Below the pieces are notes generated by a model that did no database searches, was not told where the DNA came from, and saw only the letters and a program-made list of their open reading frames with translations. Of a stretch of DNA of 43,768 nt, positions 10,824 to 22,171 are shown piece after piece. The stretch comes from Octopus bimaculoides (taxonomy: Eukaryota): contig NC_069005.1 in assembly GCF_001194135.2 (NCBI RefSeq), forward strand, positions 17,355,133-17,398,900, given 5' to 3'. A program made the position numbers and the translations under genes. Every line of letters starts with the position of its first letter. The first letter of the stretch is position 1.

Positions 10824-13762
10824 TCTCTCCCTCTCTCTCTCTCTTCCTTTGTGAATGCATCGGAGGTGGGTAGTAGTAAATCTGAAGAAATAGTTTGGGT
10901 ACAGAGAATTGATGATTTAGGCAGGAACAGCCAAGGGACGAGAAGAAGGAAGAAGAGGAGGAGGAGAGGGAGGAGGGGAGGAGCCAGATAAGAGGAAGAA
11001 GGGGAGAGAGAAAAGAAAAGAAAAATACAAGAGTGCTGTGCCACAGTAAATTGTTTGTGGAATCTTCTTTAATAGTCAAATGACCTAAAAGTGACCTGTT
11101 GTGGTTGTAGCAGTGGTGGTTGGAATTGTTCTAAATACTTGTGATTGTTTCATCTGTGGTGGTGGCGGCATTCAAAATAAGTTTATATTTTGCGATAAAA
11201 TATGCTTCTTAGCTAATGCGCTGATAATAGGTTGCATTGTCCCTGAATTTATAGAGGGGAAAAAATTCTAAAGTTGGTTTGTTCATTAGTGGCGCAAATA
11301 TAGATGTGCTCGCTTAGTCCTATTTTTCTGTATTCTCGTATTTTAATCTAGGATCTTCTGGCGTAGACTGTTTTTAGTTCTAGACACCCTGAATGATACA
11401 TATATTAGGTTTTCCGAAGTACATGTGAAGTTGTAAAAACGTTGACATTGTTTGAAGGAGAATTCCGATCTCTCAATTAGGTTGACACATACACCACAAT
11501 TAAGTCTTCCGCATTTTTTTACTGTCGGTTTCGATGTTGTTGACAAGTATATTTGAGCCTGTGTTAGAAGATTTTTCATTGACTTGAGTTGTCTTTTGCT
11601 CTTTATGACGGTGTGCGTTTGGAGGATTTGATCCATTTTATGGTCCCGTTTTAGTAAAGGGAATATCTGGAGGATGGTGTCGAAGACCTCATTGTTTAGG
11701 GGGGGGGTGCGTGAATATGTATGGTAGGGTTTTTGATTGTAAATCCTTCTTTAGTTTGGGGTGTCTGAGTTTGTGGATGTTGAGTTGTAGGGCACGTTGA
11801 AAGCTTATATCAATTAGTGATGATGGGTAGCTCCTGCTGAGGAGTGTATCCATTAGCTCATGTTGTCGTGAGTCCCTGGTGCTTGTATTAGTACAAATCC
11901 TTTTTGCTAGGTTGAAAGGGATATTCATTCTAGTGTGTCTGGGGTGGCAAGAGTTGAATGGAGATATTACTTGGAGTCCGTGGGCTTATAGTAGATGTCA
12001 CTTTCTATTTTGTTGTTGAATTTCTTAATGAGGATGTCGTCGAGGAATGGAAGTTGTAGGTGGCTATATTCCATCGTAAATTGAATGTTTAAGTCTCGCT
12101 ATAGCTCAGTTCCAAAGAATGACACAGTCATCTAGATATCTTTTCCAGTTGTTTTCTATGTACAGCGAGAAAGGCTGTATATTTCTAGTACCTTACGATA
12201 AAGACTGATTTGAGCCCTTTGCAGAGTATGTTGGTTAGGTCTGATGTTATTTCTTTGTGGGTTAGATTGATGATTTTTCACCCCTTTTCATTCTTCCTGT
12301 CTGTCTGCTGTTATCTCGTATTCTTGTATCTGCATAATAGGTCTAAAAAATGATTGAGGTGATTGACACGGTAGCTGTTATGTCGTTGTCCCCTGTGTTG
12401 TACGATGCCCTGTTGTTGTGATTTATGGTGCGGGTTCTTGGATGAGAATTAAAAAGTGTGTCTCTATATCTCATATTTGGATGTGAAGCTTTAGTGGGCA
12501 ATCATTGGTAATTATTTCGTGTAGTATGGGTTTGTTGCACGCATGTGGTTGTTAAGTGGGTTGTTGGGATAAAAGTTATGTTGGTATCTCCTTATGGCGG
12601 GGAGATTGTAATGTCTACCTTGCGGGTAGTGATCTCTTATTTGTCTGTTTGTTTTTGGGGTACCCCTGATGCTGTTTCGCTGGTGGGTTATGAAGTTAGG
12701 GTTAGATCCACATTTTTGGTAGGGGAGATGGTTCCGTTTTTTTAGATAGGTGTGAACCTGTGAGTGAGTTTTGCTTTGAATTTTTTTATTTTTAGAAAAG
12801 GTCTGCTGGAAGCGTATTCTGTTTGAAAGATAGTTTCGTAGTTTGAAAAACAAAGTGGCGCTTTTTCCCCTGTGTTGTAGGGATTTCAGTTCTTTTTCAC
12901 AATCGTTTTTCCATAGTTTGGAAAACTGCTCTAGGTCGGGGCCTTGTGTCATTTTGTTCATTTCTTGGTTGATCTCTTCATCGGTGGATTTTACTTTATC
13001 TTCATTCGTCTGAGCTCTCAATTTCAGAAGCTCTATTTCCATCTTCATTTTCTACAGTGCCATTCTTTCTCTAAAGCGTCTTTGTGTCTCAGGTTCATCT
13101 ATAATGGCTTTGATCTGGAGTTTGCGAAGGAGAATTGATGGTGTCCGACTAAGCCACTTTACGTATATATCTGCTTTGTTGTTGTTTTGGATCATCTTCC
13201 AAAAGGCGAACTTTCTATCTCTGAGTGATTTGTTCCATTGTGGCACTATGTGGTTTTTTATTTGGTATGTTGTGAGTGTATTAATCCCATATGCTTCCTC
13301 GTTCGGAGATCCCTGGTTTGTATTGTCTGAGAAGAGTGTGCTAAATGTTTCGCATAGGTTTCCAAGTTTTTCGACGATTTCGGAGGTTGTAGTTTTCGTA
13401 TCGGTTTCCTCATTGTTCTCTTGGTTGGGTTCACGCGTCGAGTCAAATTTGTTAAAGAACGTTATCAAGTTTGTGTTGATTTTCTTGAGTTCTTTCGAGT
13501 ATTTCTTCATTTATGGTAATTATTGTTGTGTCTGTTATTGATGGTTTCAGCTCCTACTTAAACCTTCAATTCTATGTATCTAAACTATTCCTTCAGATTT
13601 ACTACTACCTACCTACGAGGCATTCACAAAGGAATAGAGACAGAAACAGACTATCTGAAGACTATGGAAACATTTACCTATTTAAAGACTACAAAACATT
13701 TCACTTAATTTGTTTTCTCCGATCTAATTGTTTTTCTTATTTTACTTTTAGTTGAAAAAGTC
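10611..13762 (-). mobile_element. Penelope-like retroelement (Neptune-like: RT, Cys linker, C-terminal GIY-YIG) with inverted terminal repeats; decayed and internally deleted
   Basis: Minus-strand pieces in order: N-terminal ORFs 13052-13510 and 12512-13048; YIENNWKRYLDDCVI (~12140); FLDDILIK..DIYYKPTD (~12000); NIPFNLAKRIC (11928); KKCGRLNCGVC..FTCTSENLIY (11400-11520); KEAYFIAKYKLILN (~11190). Arms 10611-10928 and 13550-13762 are reverse complements of each other. Confidence 0.9.
10735..10845. repeat. (CT)n microsatellite expanded inside the PLE 3' terminal repeat
   Basis: Present in the 3' arm; the 5' arm has only agagacagaaacaga at the equivalent site. Confidence 0.95.
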
Positions 13763-13782
13763 TAGAAGACGAGAACCGCTAC
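13749..13782 (+). ncRNA. Highly degenerate hammerhead-like motif at the end of the inverted PLE terminal repeat
   Basis: tag-tTGAaaAA-GTC-tagaa-GAC-GAgAAC. The mirror copy at 10611-10622 reads agCTGAaaAAGT on the minus strand before the gap. Confidence 0.3.
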
Positions 13783-13844
13783 TTAAATGTACTTCATAAA
13801 ATTATTTTAGCATTTTCTGACTTATCTTGTTTTTCTTTTATATA

Positions 13845-14050
13845 TATTCTTTTATTCTTTTACTTGTTTCAGTCATTTGACTGCGGCCATGCTGGAGCAC
13901 CGCCTTTTAGTCGAACAAATCGACTCCAGGACTTATTCTATGTAAGACTAGTACTTATTCTATCGGTCTCTTTTGCCGAACCGCTAAGTTACGGGGACGT
14001 AAACACACCAGCATCGGTTGTCAAGCGATGGGGGGTACAAACACAGACAC
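13845..14050 (-). mobile_element. SINE-like short repeat (family A; same family as 21966-22171)
   Basis: Reverse complement aligns with 21966-22171 (gacaaccgatg.tggtgtgttt.cgtccccgtaa..gtgctccagcatggcc.c.gtcaaatgactgaaaca), with an A-rich aaaagaataaaagaata tail. Confidence 0.85.
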
Positions 14051-14092
14051 ACAATCATACGCACACACACACACACACACACATACACACAC

Positions 14093-14145
<53 letters not shown>

Positions 14146-14498
14146 NNNNNNNNNNNNNNNNNNNNNNNNNNNNNNNNNNNNNNNNNNNNNNNNNNNNNNN
14201 NNNNNNNNNNNNNNNNNNNNNNNNNNNNNNNNNNNNNNNNNNNNNNNNNNNNNNNNNNNNNNNNNNNNNNNNNNNNNNNNNNNNNNNNNNNNNNNNNNNN
14301 NNNNNNNNNNNNNNNNNNNNNNNNNNNNNNNNNNNNNNNNNNNNNNNNNNNNNNNNNNNNNNNNNNNNNNNNNNNNNNNNNNNNNNNNNNNNNNNNNNNN
14401 NNNNNNNNNNNNNNNNNNNNNNNNNNNNNNNNNNNNNNNNNNNNNNNNNNNNNNNNNNNNNNNNNNNNNNNNNNNNNNNNNNNNNNNNNNNNNNNNNN
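14146..14498. other. Assembly gap (N)
   Basis: N run after (TACA)n(TA)n. Confidence 1.
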
Positions 14499-14524
14499 GG
14501 AAATCAATTCTGAATTCATAATAC

Positions 14525-14526
<2 letters not shown>

Positions 14527-14600
<74 letters not shown>
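14527..14600. repeat. (TAA)n microsatellite
   Basis: Seen directly. Confidence 0.98.
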
Positions 14601-14601
<1 letters not shown>

Positions 14602-14689
14602 CGAAAATACAAAATTTACCACTTTTATGAAAGAAAATAAATTCTACCTCATATGCTGAAAGAAATTATGTAAGAGCTTCTGGGTAAAC

Positions 14690-15690
14690 AACATTCTTGG
14701 AGCAACCAACAAAGTTGACCATGAGAAAAGCAAGCCAGTAGATTTCAAAGACTGACCTTGAGTTTTTTTTTAATAGACACTGCAAAACAAAGTCACACTG
14801 GGAATTGTGTTCGTTTGAACTCACAGGGTTTGTCTGTTGGTTTGATTGGAATTGTTGGAACGAAAACCTTTCTCCCAGAGACACATCCAGTGATGATGGT
14901 AGCTTCTGTCACATTAGGTGATAATGTCTTCACAATCAACCTTGTAACATCGCATAATTTAGGAAGATTTAATTTCTTAAAAGCATTATTGGGACTCCTA
15001 CCTTCAGAAAAAGTTCACGTGGAGGAATTCTAGGTGGCTCAAAAGAATTAAGGTACTCTGTTGGGTAATGGAGAGCTTGATGTTCATCAAGGGCTGAATC
15101 AACTGATTTGTACTTCTTAATGACTGTTGGAATCGTATTCATTAATTCATGATTAACTCTTGATACTGTCTCAATTTTTGGAGTAAGAATTTTCCTTTCA
15201 CACAACAATTTATGTGAATTATAATTATTACTTGAGTCTGGCAATACCCTGTCCTTCGATTCGGCTGGGGAATTCACCATGAAAGCAATATGAGCCAAAC
15301 TATCACCATTCCCCTCAAATGGTACTTTTCCATTTCCTAATTGGAGGAGCCAGGTTGAAAACTGTTTTACACATTGGTCCCCATTTAATGAAGCTCGCAC
15401 GTTAGTATTGAAGGAGATTTCAGAACTTTATTCCATAGGTATGAAGACTTAATGCATGCTTTTATTTTATCAGATTTTGTTCGTCTCAGAATGACTGGTA
15501 ATGTCTGTCTGAAGTCTCCTGATAGAATTAATGTAACTCCTCCCATAAATTTATTTGTTGCTTCTGATCTCTTGTAAGGTCTTAACCAAGAACTTCCATT
15601 GCACCTCTATGTGGCATTGTGCATTCATCGCAAATGATAGGGTGGCATTGGCACAACACTTCTGCTGAACCTGAATCTTAGACTGTTGCT
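14690..15690 (-). mobile_element. Helitron PIF1-family helicase remnant (pseudogene)
   Basis: Minus strand: ECTMPH (motif II remnant), LILSGDFRQTLPVI, ORF 14969-15400 (WLLQLGNG..KILTPK..YPTEYLNS..LFLKVGVPIMLLRN), LC..TRLIV, FKRTQFPV*LCFAVSI..QGQSL, FSHGQL. Contains stops and frameshifts. Confidence 0.92.
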
Positions 15691-15914
15691 TTGGTGAAAA
15701 TGTTAAGTAAAAGGAATAAAGGTACGGAAAACATCTCAAAACAAAGAGAAAAGGAAAGAATGAATGAATGAGAGAGAGGCAGAGACAGGAACAGAGACAC
15801 ACGGACAGACAGACAGACAGACAGACAAACAGAGACAGGAAGAGCGAGAGCGAAAGAGAAGCGATTTCGTAAATATATTTTTCTCTCAGGTTTAAGTAGT
15901 CTTTCACTACGTTT

Positions 15915-16150
15915 TGTTGGTTTGTTGTTGTTGTTATTGTTGTTGCTGCTGTTGTTGTTGTTGTTGTTGTTGTTGTTGCTGCTGCTGCTGCTGCTGTTGT
16001 TGTTGTTGTTGTTGGTGGTGGTGGTGTATGGGTGATGGTGTGTTGTTCTAACTTTTGTTCCTGGAGGCGGTGGCGGTGGTAGTGATGGTTGTTGTTGGTG
16101 GTGTTGGTGGTGGTGGTGGTGGTGGTGTTGGTGGTTGTGCTGGTAGTGGC
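15915..16150. repeat. Compound (GTT)/(GCT)/(GGT) microsatellite
   Basis: Seen directly. Confidence 0.95.
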
Positions 16151-16616
16151 AGAGTTGGTGACGGTGTAGGTGTCGCTTTTCCCTATAGTCCCATAAACCA
16201 AAAATCGAAACCCTACAATTTGATAGATGTTAAGCCTCGCTCTTGGAAAAGGCATATCATGTGACAGAGAGAGAGAGAGAGAGAGAGAGTGACATGTAAT
16301 TCCTTAATATGCTCTTTGTCATTGTAGTGTTTATGCGTGTATGTATGTATGTTTGTGTCTATGTGAGTGTGTGTGAGTGTGTGTGTATGTGTGTGTGTGT
16401 GTGCAGGATGCACATACACATCGATACATATAAATATATATTCACACATATATGTGCATACAAATGTGTACAAAATATACGACACACATACACGCACTCA
16501 CACATACATTTATGCACATGCACACATAGTCATATACATGCATCTCAGTACAAAATTCAGGATACATATATACCTGTATATATATGCATACATACATATA
16601 TATATATATATATATA

Positions 16617-17607
16617 NNNNNNNNNNNNNNNNNNNNNNNNNNNNNNNNNNNNNNNNNNNNNNNNNNNNNNNNNNNNNNNNNNNNNNNNNNNNNNNNNNNN
16701 NNNNNNNNNNNNNNNNNNNNNNNNNNNNNNNNNNNNNNNNNNNNNNNNNNNNNNNNNNNNNNNNNNNNNNNNNNNNNNNNNNNNNNNNNNNNNNNNNNNN
16801 NNNNNNNNNNNNNNNNNNNNNNNNNNNNNNNNNNNNNNNNNNNNNNNNNNNNNNNNNNNNNNNNNNNNNNNNNNNNNNNNNNNNNNNNNNNNNNNNNNNN
16901 NNNNNNNNNNNNNNNNNNNNNNNNNNNNNNNNNNNNNNNNNNNNNNNNNNNNNNNNNNNNNNNNNNNNNNNNNNNNNNNNNNNNNNNNNNNNNNNNNNNN
17001 NNNNNNNNNNNNNNNNNNNNNNNNNNNNNNNNNNNNNNNNNNNNNNNNNNNNNNNNNNNNNNNNNNNNNNNNNNNNNNNNNNNNNNNNNNNNNNNNNNNN
17101 NNNNNNNNNNNNNNNNNNNNNNNNNNNNNNNNNNNNNNNNNNNNNNNNNNNNNNNNNNNNNNNNNNNNNNNNNNNNNNNNNNNNNNNNNNNNNNNNNNNN
17201 NNNNNNNNNNNNNNNNNNNNNNNNNNNNNNNNNNNNNNNNNNNNNNNNNNNNNNNNNNNNNNNNNNNNNNNNNNNNNNNNNNNNNNNNNNNNNNNNNNNN
17301 NNNNNNNNNNNNNNNNNNNNNNNNNNNNNNNNNNNNNNNNNNNNNNNNNNNNNNNNNNNNNNNNNNNNNNNNNNNNNNNNNNNNNNNNNNNNNNNNNNNN
17401 NNNNNNNNNNNNNNNNNNNNNNNNNNNNNNNNNNNNNNNNNNNNNNNNNNNNNNNNNNNNNNNNNNNNNNNNNNNNNNNNNNNNNNNNNNNNNNNNNNNN
17501 NNNNNNNNNNNNNNNNNNNNNNNNNNNNNNNNNNNNNNNNNNNNNNNNNNNNNNNNNNNNNNNNNNNNNNNNNNNNNNNNNNNNNNNNNNNNNNNNNNNN
17601 NNNNNNN
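16617..17607. other. Assembly gap (N)
   Basis: N run after (TA)n. Confidence 1.
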
Positions 17608-17750
17608 TTTAAATATATTTTTTTCACCAAACATTTGGCAAAAGAATATAGTATCTGTTAACAATCTTAGCAAAATACTCACAGTTGAGTTTTTGTATAT
17701 ATATATATCAACTTTAAATAGAGCTCAAAAATGATCCATTGAAAATACTT

Positions 17751-17751
<1 letters not shown>

Positions 17752-17816
<65 letters not shown>
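17752..17816. repeat. (TAA)n microsatellite
   Basis: Seen directly. Confidence 0.98.
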
Positions 17817-17818
<2 letters not shown>

Positions 17819-18535
17819 AATTGACCTATGAACATTTCGATGGAACATCCAGAATGATTAATACATATAAAATATTATAATATTTTATAATATTATAATT
17901 ATAAAATATTATAAAATATAGGATACTCCATCTCCTACATTAATGTAGATAATTTTTCTTTGTAATATAACGTGGTAGTCCTGAGGTGCAGTTTTGAAGT
18001 TTTTTGCTAGTTTACGCTGAATTGATATAAGATTAATTTTAATTTGTATTTTTAATTGTGTATAATGGTGTGTACTAGAGTTTATTAGCGAGAATTTTAT
18101 TTAAGAACATTATCATTATTATTTTTAAAGTCTGCTTCTGTTTAACCGGGATCCTTTAGTTTGAATGTTATAATTAATATCTAAAAATATTTTCTCTACG
18201 GTATGAATTCTTTATTTTGATGATTATTGCTCTTACGGTTTTTTTTAAGTCTATAGCGTTCTCAATTGATTATAGTATACAATTTTTATGTTTGAGTTGA
18301 TTTGCCGTTTGCTCGATCTTTGCACATTTGGGATGGACGGTTGTGTGCCATCTAACACCTTTTCATCCTGTTTTGTATATTTTCATGGGTCAACTATGAA
18401 AATTGGATTTGAATGTTTTCTGTTTTTATTGGCTGTATATTACTAATAATAATAATAATAATAACAATAATAATAAGGCCCCGATGAGATATGGTATCCT
18501 ATATTTTATAATATTTTATAATATTTTATAGTATG

Positions 18536-18820
18536 NNNNNNNNNNNNNNNNNNNNNNNNNNNNNNNNNNNNNNNNNNNNNNNNNNNNNNNNNNNNNNNNN
18601 NNNNNNNNNNNNNNNNNNNNNNNNNNNNNNNNNNNNNNNNNNNNNNNNNNNNNNNNNNNNNNNNNNNNNNNNNNNNNNNNNNNNNNNNNNNNNNNNNNNN
18701 NNNNNNNNNNNNNNNNNNNNNNNNNNNNNNNNNNNNNNNNNNNNNNNNNNNNNNNNNNNNNNNNNNNNNNNNNNNNNNNNNNNNNNNNNNNNNNNNNNNN
18801 NNNNNNNNNNNNNNNNNNNN
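18536..18820. other. Assembly gap (N)
   Basis: N run. Confidence 1.
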
Positions 18821-19331
18821 TATATATGAGAATTTACAAAAAACAAAAAGCGCATACAGGAGTGCTGATGTGACACACGCGCACACGTACACACACGCAC
18901 ATACACACACACATACATACACACGCGCACACATAATTCAAACTGCCAGTCAAGCACATTCCTACTGACCATTCATGTACAGACATGTGAAGAGACACAC
19001 AACTACACAAAAGACCGCCACTTCTGTTACCATGCTGCTGAATTTTTCCTACAATATTAGGCAACACAAAGTTCACTCACACATACACACATAAACACCC
19101 AAAACCACACACACATACACTACACACACACGTGCTATCACACACACATTCACAGACTTGCGCGCACGCGCATACCTACACATACGCACACATACCTCCT
19201 TCCCTTACTCTCTCCTGTCTTAGAAAGACCTTTTTATTCACCCATTCCTTTCCGGTCATTTCAAAATGTAACCAGATGTGAATCGTTGGTAATTTTATTC
19301 CTCCGTCTTCCTGTCTAATGGTCTTTCCTCT

Positions 19332-19366
19332 GTTTTTGAAGAAGAGCTTTGCTCGAAACGTTAAAC
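19332..19366 (+). ncRNA. Minimal type I hammerhead-ribozyme-like motif (one core substitution, C3>U)
   Basis: GTTT-tTGAAGA-A-GAGC-ttt-GCTC-GAAACGTT-AAAC: helix I GTTT/AAAC, helix II GAGC/GCTC, palindromic AACGTT in place of helix III. Confidence 0.65.
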
Positions 19367-20544
19367 CATCTTTCTTTCCTTCCTTGAGTGACTGCTAATA
19401 CTTTACATGTACCACGTTCTCGCATTGTTGGTTTATTTGTGTTTGTTGACTTTTTTTTGGGATTTACTATATATACTGTTAAAAACGTCGAGTGTGCGTG
19501 CGTGCCGTTACTTAATAAATGAAAAAATGCATTGTAAATAAACAACGACAGATACAAAAACGTATACGTATATTGAAGGCACCCCCGGACGGGAGACAGT
19601 TACAGAGGGTCCCTAATTTTTCATCAGTTATCAACCAAAATAGTAATGCTCAGTGTCGCATCATTAATGACAAGACTGAAAACTTCCCATATTGGTGGTG
19701 CTGCGAAAGTCGCAGAGAATGTCGCACCTCAAACAAAACAACACAGTGGACATACGAAAGTAAAGCAAAATGTAATTTAAGACAAAAGACGAAATAAATA
19801 GGAAACGAGCAAAATACGGTCTTATGACCAAAAAGACAAGAATGGAGGGGTAAAACTGAGAAGAAATCCTAAAAGATACGGAAATAGCAAGACAGAGAAA
19901 TTTTTACAACCAAATGGCTGGGTGGCCGGTGTGGAAATGTGAGAAAGAAAGAAAACTAGCCACGGAGAAAGGGAGAGGTCGCTCTCCCAAATATTGCCTT
20001 TATCAAAATTATCATTATACGATTTCTCCAAATTTACATATGGGTATACCATATGTAAGCTAAAAATTATTTTTATTCAGAATATTATTATTATTATCAA
20101 TAATATTAATACGCCAACTTGTTGATTTTGTACGTACGTACCTGTGGTGTGTGTCACACTTACTTGAAAGAAAGGAGTGTCAAAGCGGGAGAGAGGAGGA
20201 CAAAGAAGTGAGAGAGAAAGAGGGAGAGAGGGAGAGAAAGAGAGAGTTAGGGAGAAAGAGAGAGAAAGTGGGAGAGACAGTGAGTGGTGACGACGTTTGT
20301 TTTTGTGCTTTTAAATGTTTATCACATCGCAAGAAAAGTAGATACATAGATCGAAAGAAAATTCGATACATAGATACATGCACACATCGTTAGAGGAGTG
20401 ACACAGAAGAAGTGAGAGAGAATAAGATACATAGATCGAAACAAAGGTTGATACATAGATACATAGACACATTGTTAGATCAAAGACAAATAACTACAGC
20501 AAATTTTGGATGTCACTTTTATTCTTCATTACCACACGAGGATA

Positions 20545-20695
20545 AAATTAACTCGCAAGCGGCTGATTACTCCACAGACATGCATACCATTAACGTAGCT
20601 CTCAAGGAGATTCAGCCTCATACAGAATATGACAAGGCTAGCCCCTTTGAATTACAGCTACAACACATTTTGGCCAGCTGAGTAGACTGGAACAA
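20545..20695 (-). mobile_element. Partial copy of the tRNA-derived SINE at 20985-21310
   Basis: aaaatt.a..cgcaag.ggctga.tac..cacagacatgcatacc..ggagattcagcctca..cagaat.tgacaaggct.gcccctttgaattacagct matches about 21053-21195. Confidence 0.8.
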
Positions 20696-20984
20696 GATAA
20701 ACCTTCAAGTGGTTGGAAGAAAACGAAAAAAGATCTTATATAGGGACAGAATATCTTTTTAGTCGTTAGGATCACTATGGGTATTAATCCGGTCCTAACA
20801 GCGACATTTGTGGATCTCACAGATCTGGAGGTCAAGCCCCCAGATAAACACCGATGCGCAGGCTGTTGTTATCAAACTGAGTGTGAGTCGAGTCGAGGGC
20901 CTCTTAGCTTTCACTGCTTATACTAAACACATGACATTTTTGCCTTACGATATGGAACATTTCCTTTTCTTTCACTCTTTTTAA

Positions 20985-21310
20985 AAAATGCCACTCCGTC
21001 GCTCACGACGACGAGGTTCCTATTTATCTGATCAACGGAACAGTGTTCGTAAAATTAATGCGCAAGTGGCTGAGTACTTCACAGACATGCATACCATAAC
21101 GTTGTTCTCAGGGAGATTCAGCCTCACGCAGAATGTGACAAGGCTGGCCCCTTTGAATTACAGCTTCAACTCATCTTTGCTAGCTGAGTGGACTGCAGCA
21201 AGGTGAAGTAGAGTACCTTGCTCAAGAACACAGCGCGCCGCAGGGAATCGTACTCATGACTTTATTATCGTGGGCCGAGTACCCCTAACCACTGAGCCAT
21301 GCACCTTCAC
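20985..21310 (-). mobile_element. tRNA-derived SINE (family C)
   Basis: Minus-strand head has an A-box-like TGGCTCAGTGG and a B-box-like gagtacgattcc, followed by gtgttcttgagcaagg and a body. Confidence 0.8.
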
Positions 21311-21738
21311 TCTCTTAGCAGTAGAGAAAAGGAGTGAAGCGATTAGAGACAGGGAAAGGAAAGCATCAGTCATTTACAATGACAATTAGACTGAAATACG
21401 ATCAATCTTCTTCTAGAACGATCGAGTGTTAGTTCACTCTTCTTTCCCCACCCCCGGTACTTATTCACCTTCTTTCATAGTTCTTCATGTCTTTTAGCTG
21501 GGGGGGAAAGACCGTTTTTTTTCCAGGCATTTTTACGTTTTCCCTACAAACTACAAACAAATCCCCTTCCCTTCCTTTTTTTCCATACAAAAATTAATGT
21601 AAATTTCGAACGTGGTATAGCTGTGAAAAGAGCCCATAAAAATGGGTAATACCCCCTACAAAATGGGTGGGGGACTAAAGTTGCTAACAGGTGGCTACAC
21701 GAAATTCAACTCTATACTCTATACTTATAGAGTGTCTT

Positions 21739-21906
21739 NNNNNNNNNNNNNNNNNNNNNNNNNNNNNNNNNNNNNNNNNNNNNNNNNNNNNNNNNNNNNN
21801 NNNNNNNNNNNNNNNNNNNNNNNNNNNNNNNNNNNNNNNNNNNNNNNNNNNNNNNNNNNNNNNNNNNNNNNNNNNNNNNNNNNNNNNNNNNNNNNNNNNN
21901 NNNNNN
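21739..21906. other. Assembly gap (N)
   Basis: N run. Confidence 1.
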
Positions 21907-21965
21907 ATATGTATGTATGTATGTATGTTTGTATGTATGTACGTATACATTTATGTGTTTGTATC

Positions 21966-22171
21966 TGTGTTTGTCCTACCACCACCATTGTTTGACAACC
22001 GATGTTGGTGTGTTTGCGTCCCCGTAAATTAGCTGTTCGGCAGAAGGGACTGATAGAATAAACACCAGGCTTACAGGGAATAAACCCAGGGGTCGATTTA
22101 TTCGACTAAAGTGCGGTGCTCCAGCATGGCCACCGTCAAATGACTGAAACAATGAAAAGAATAAAAGAATA
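21966..22171 (+). mobile_element. SINE-like short repeat (family A)
   Basis: Homologous to 13845-14050, 31617-31745 and 33035-33207; aaaagaataaaagaata tail. Confidence 0.85.

Noticed and set aside
13104-13541. 145-aa plus-strand ORF resembling a membrane protein
   Set aside because: Antisense to the PLE N-terminal ORF.
21490-21738. Possible non-autonomous Helitron or other repeat end
   Set aside because: No CTRR 3' end, hairpin or second copy in the window to support a call; it is truncated by a gap.
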